From Candidatus Krumholzibacteriota bacterium (lineage in GTDB: Bacteria > Krumholzibacteriota > Krumholzibacteriia > JAJRXK01): 64,000 bases of DNA. Position 1 is the stretch's first letter. Every line of letters starts with the position of its first letter. Shown here one piece after another: positions 63,132 to 64,000 of the stretch. The notes beneath the pieces are model-generated. The model saw only the letters and a list, made by a program, of their open reading frames with translations, had not been told where the DNA came from and made no database searches. The stretch covers positions 384,001-448,000 of the forward strand of contig CAVXTH010000006.1 of the NCBI GenBank assembly GCA_963764625.1. Direction: 5' to 3'. Position numbers and translations under genes: made by a program.

Positions 63132-64000
63132 TGAGCTCTCCTTTGTCGCCCCAAGAGCCGGCGTAGATTCAGACTGGAATCGAACAGGATCTCCTCGCGC
63201 TGGCCGATCCGTGCCGCGAAGCTCAGGAGCAAGGCGGTAAGGACCGCGAGCGACGCCATGCTGAGCAGGGCGAGTCCGAGTTCGAATTGGCCACGGATCG
63301 CCTCTCGCAACAGCACTGCCACGTTCACGATGGGAATCAGGGAGAGGACCGGACTCAGCACGTCCCCCTGAGCGGCCATGACCAGCCCGGCCAGAGCGGG
63401 AAGTAGATAGAGCGGCATCAGCGCACTCTGCCCCTCGCGGTAGTTCTTGCTGGGAACCGCGGCGACCATCATGGCCGCCGAGAGAAACGCAGCCGTCAGG
63501 AGCGCGACACACACCACCAGAAGAAGCTCGCTCGGGCTCAACTGAAGGCCAAGTGCGCTCTGCAGCCCCATGAGCCGCAACGCGAACGAGAGGAAGAGGG
63601 CGAGGCTCGCGAAATTCAACAGGAACGAAACCACACTGGAGAGCGTCACGAAGAGGAATTTACCCAGGAGAATTTCTCCGCGCGTCAGGGGAGAGGTCAC
63701 CAGGGTTTCGAGTGTACCGCGTTCGCGCTCGCCCACCACCGTGTCGAGGGTGGCGTAGTAGGCTCCCTGGGGGAGCATGATCACCAGGAGCACCGGCACG
63801 AGCAGGGAGAGCACATAGCTGCTCACCTGGCTCCTGGAGGCGGTGTCGGTGGGGTTGATTAAGAGGGGGGCCATGTCTCCCGCACTCATCCCCACCGAGC
63901 GCCCAAGGGCTTCCCGCTTGCGCTGGACGTAGTCCCTTATCCCCTCGGCCAATGTGCGTCTGGCGCTGGCCGAGCGATCGCGCGAGGAATCGTAGAGCAC
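63128..64000 (-). CDS. Second NatB-like ABC permease, 5' truncated by the window end
   Basis: VGERERGTLETL..P, GKFL, SKNYREGQ, LIPIVNV motifs. Confidence 0.85.
   Translation of the reverse strand: MLYDSSRDRSASARRTLAEGIRDYVQRKREALGRSVGMSAGDMAPLLINPTDTASRSQVSSYVLSLLVPVLLVIMLPQGAYYATLDTVVGERERGTLETLVTSPLTRGEILLGKFLFVTLSSVVSFLLNFASLALFLSFALRLMGLQSALGLQLSPSELLLVVCVALLTAAFLSAAMMVAAVPSKNYREGQSALMPLYLLPALAGLVMAAQGDVLSPVLSLIPIVNVAVLLREAIRGQFELGLALLSMASLAVLTALLLSFAARIGQREEILFDSSLNLRRLLGRQRRAQ

Overview
A GC-rich (roughly 65%) bacterial chromosomal segment. Two secreted proteins end in a QN(Y/S)PNPFNP...MVL(L/V)K FlgD/T9SS-type tail, which points to an FCB-group lineage such as Krumholzibacteriota, Eisenbacteria or Latescibacterota (inference). 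Housekeeping genes are trpA, uppP, moeA, valS, a rodZ-like gene, uvrB, nadC, birA, coaX, groES-groEL (with tandem CIRCE-like operators) and fumC. Six accessory envelope or secretion modules lie between them. (1) An SPFH/double-zinc-ribbon gene followed by three paralogous Zn-ribbon genes. (2) A PAS sigma54 activator with a palindromic enhancer and a -24/-12 promoter, upstream of an MMPL transporter fused through an internal signal peptide to a LolA-like domain, a beta-barrel and a DUF2892 protein. (3) M1, M28-PDZ, M16 and M36-like peptidases. (4) A non-canonical chaperone-usher pilus locus with two DUF4402-like pilins, a sigma54 promoter, a long leader containing a terminator, and a divergent mini-pilin. 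(5) An ECF sigma / Ser-Thr kinase pair, with the same bipartite motif upstream of the ECF and upstream of the next secreted-protein gene. (6) A NatAB-like ABC exporter with a CPBP protease fusion plus a MATE pump. An unannotated 22-aa hydrophobic peptide and two short AT-rich in-frame patches were also seen. About ten genes are broken by single-base frameshifts, most likely uncorrected long-read indels. No rRNA, tRNA, CRISPR array, transposase or integrase was recognised. All family calls come from motif recognition by eye, not database searches.
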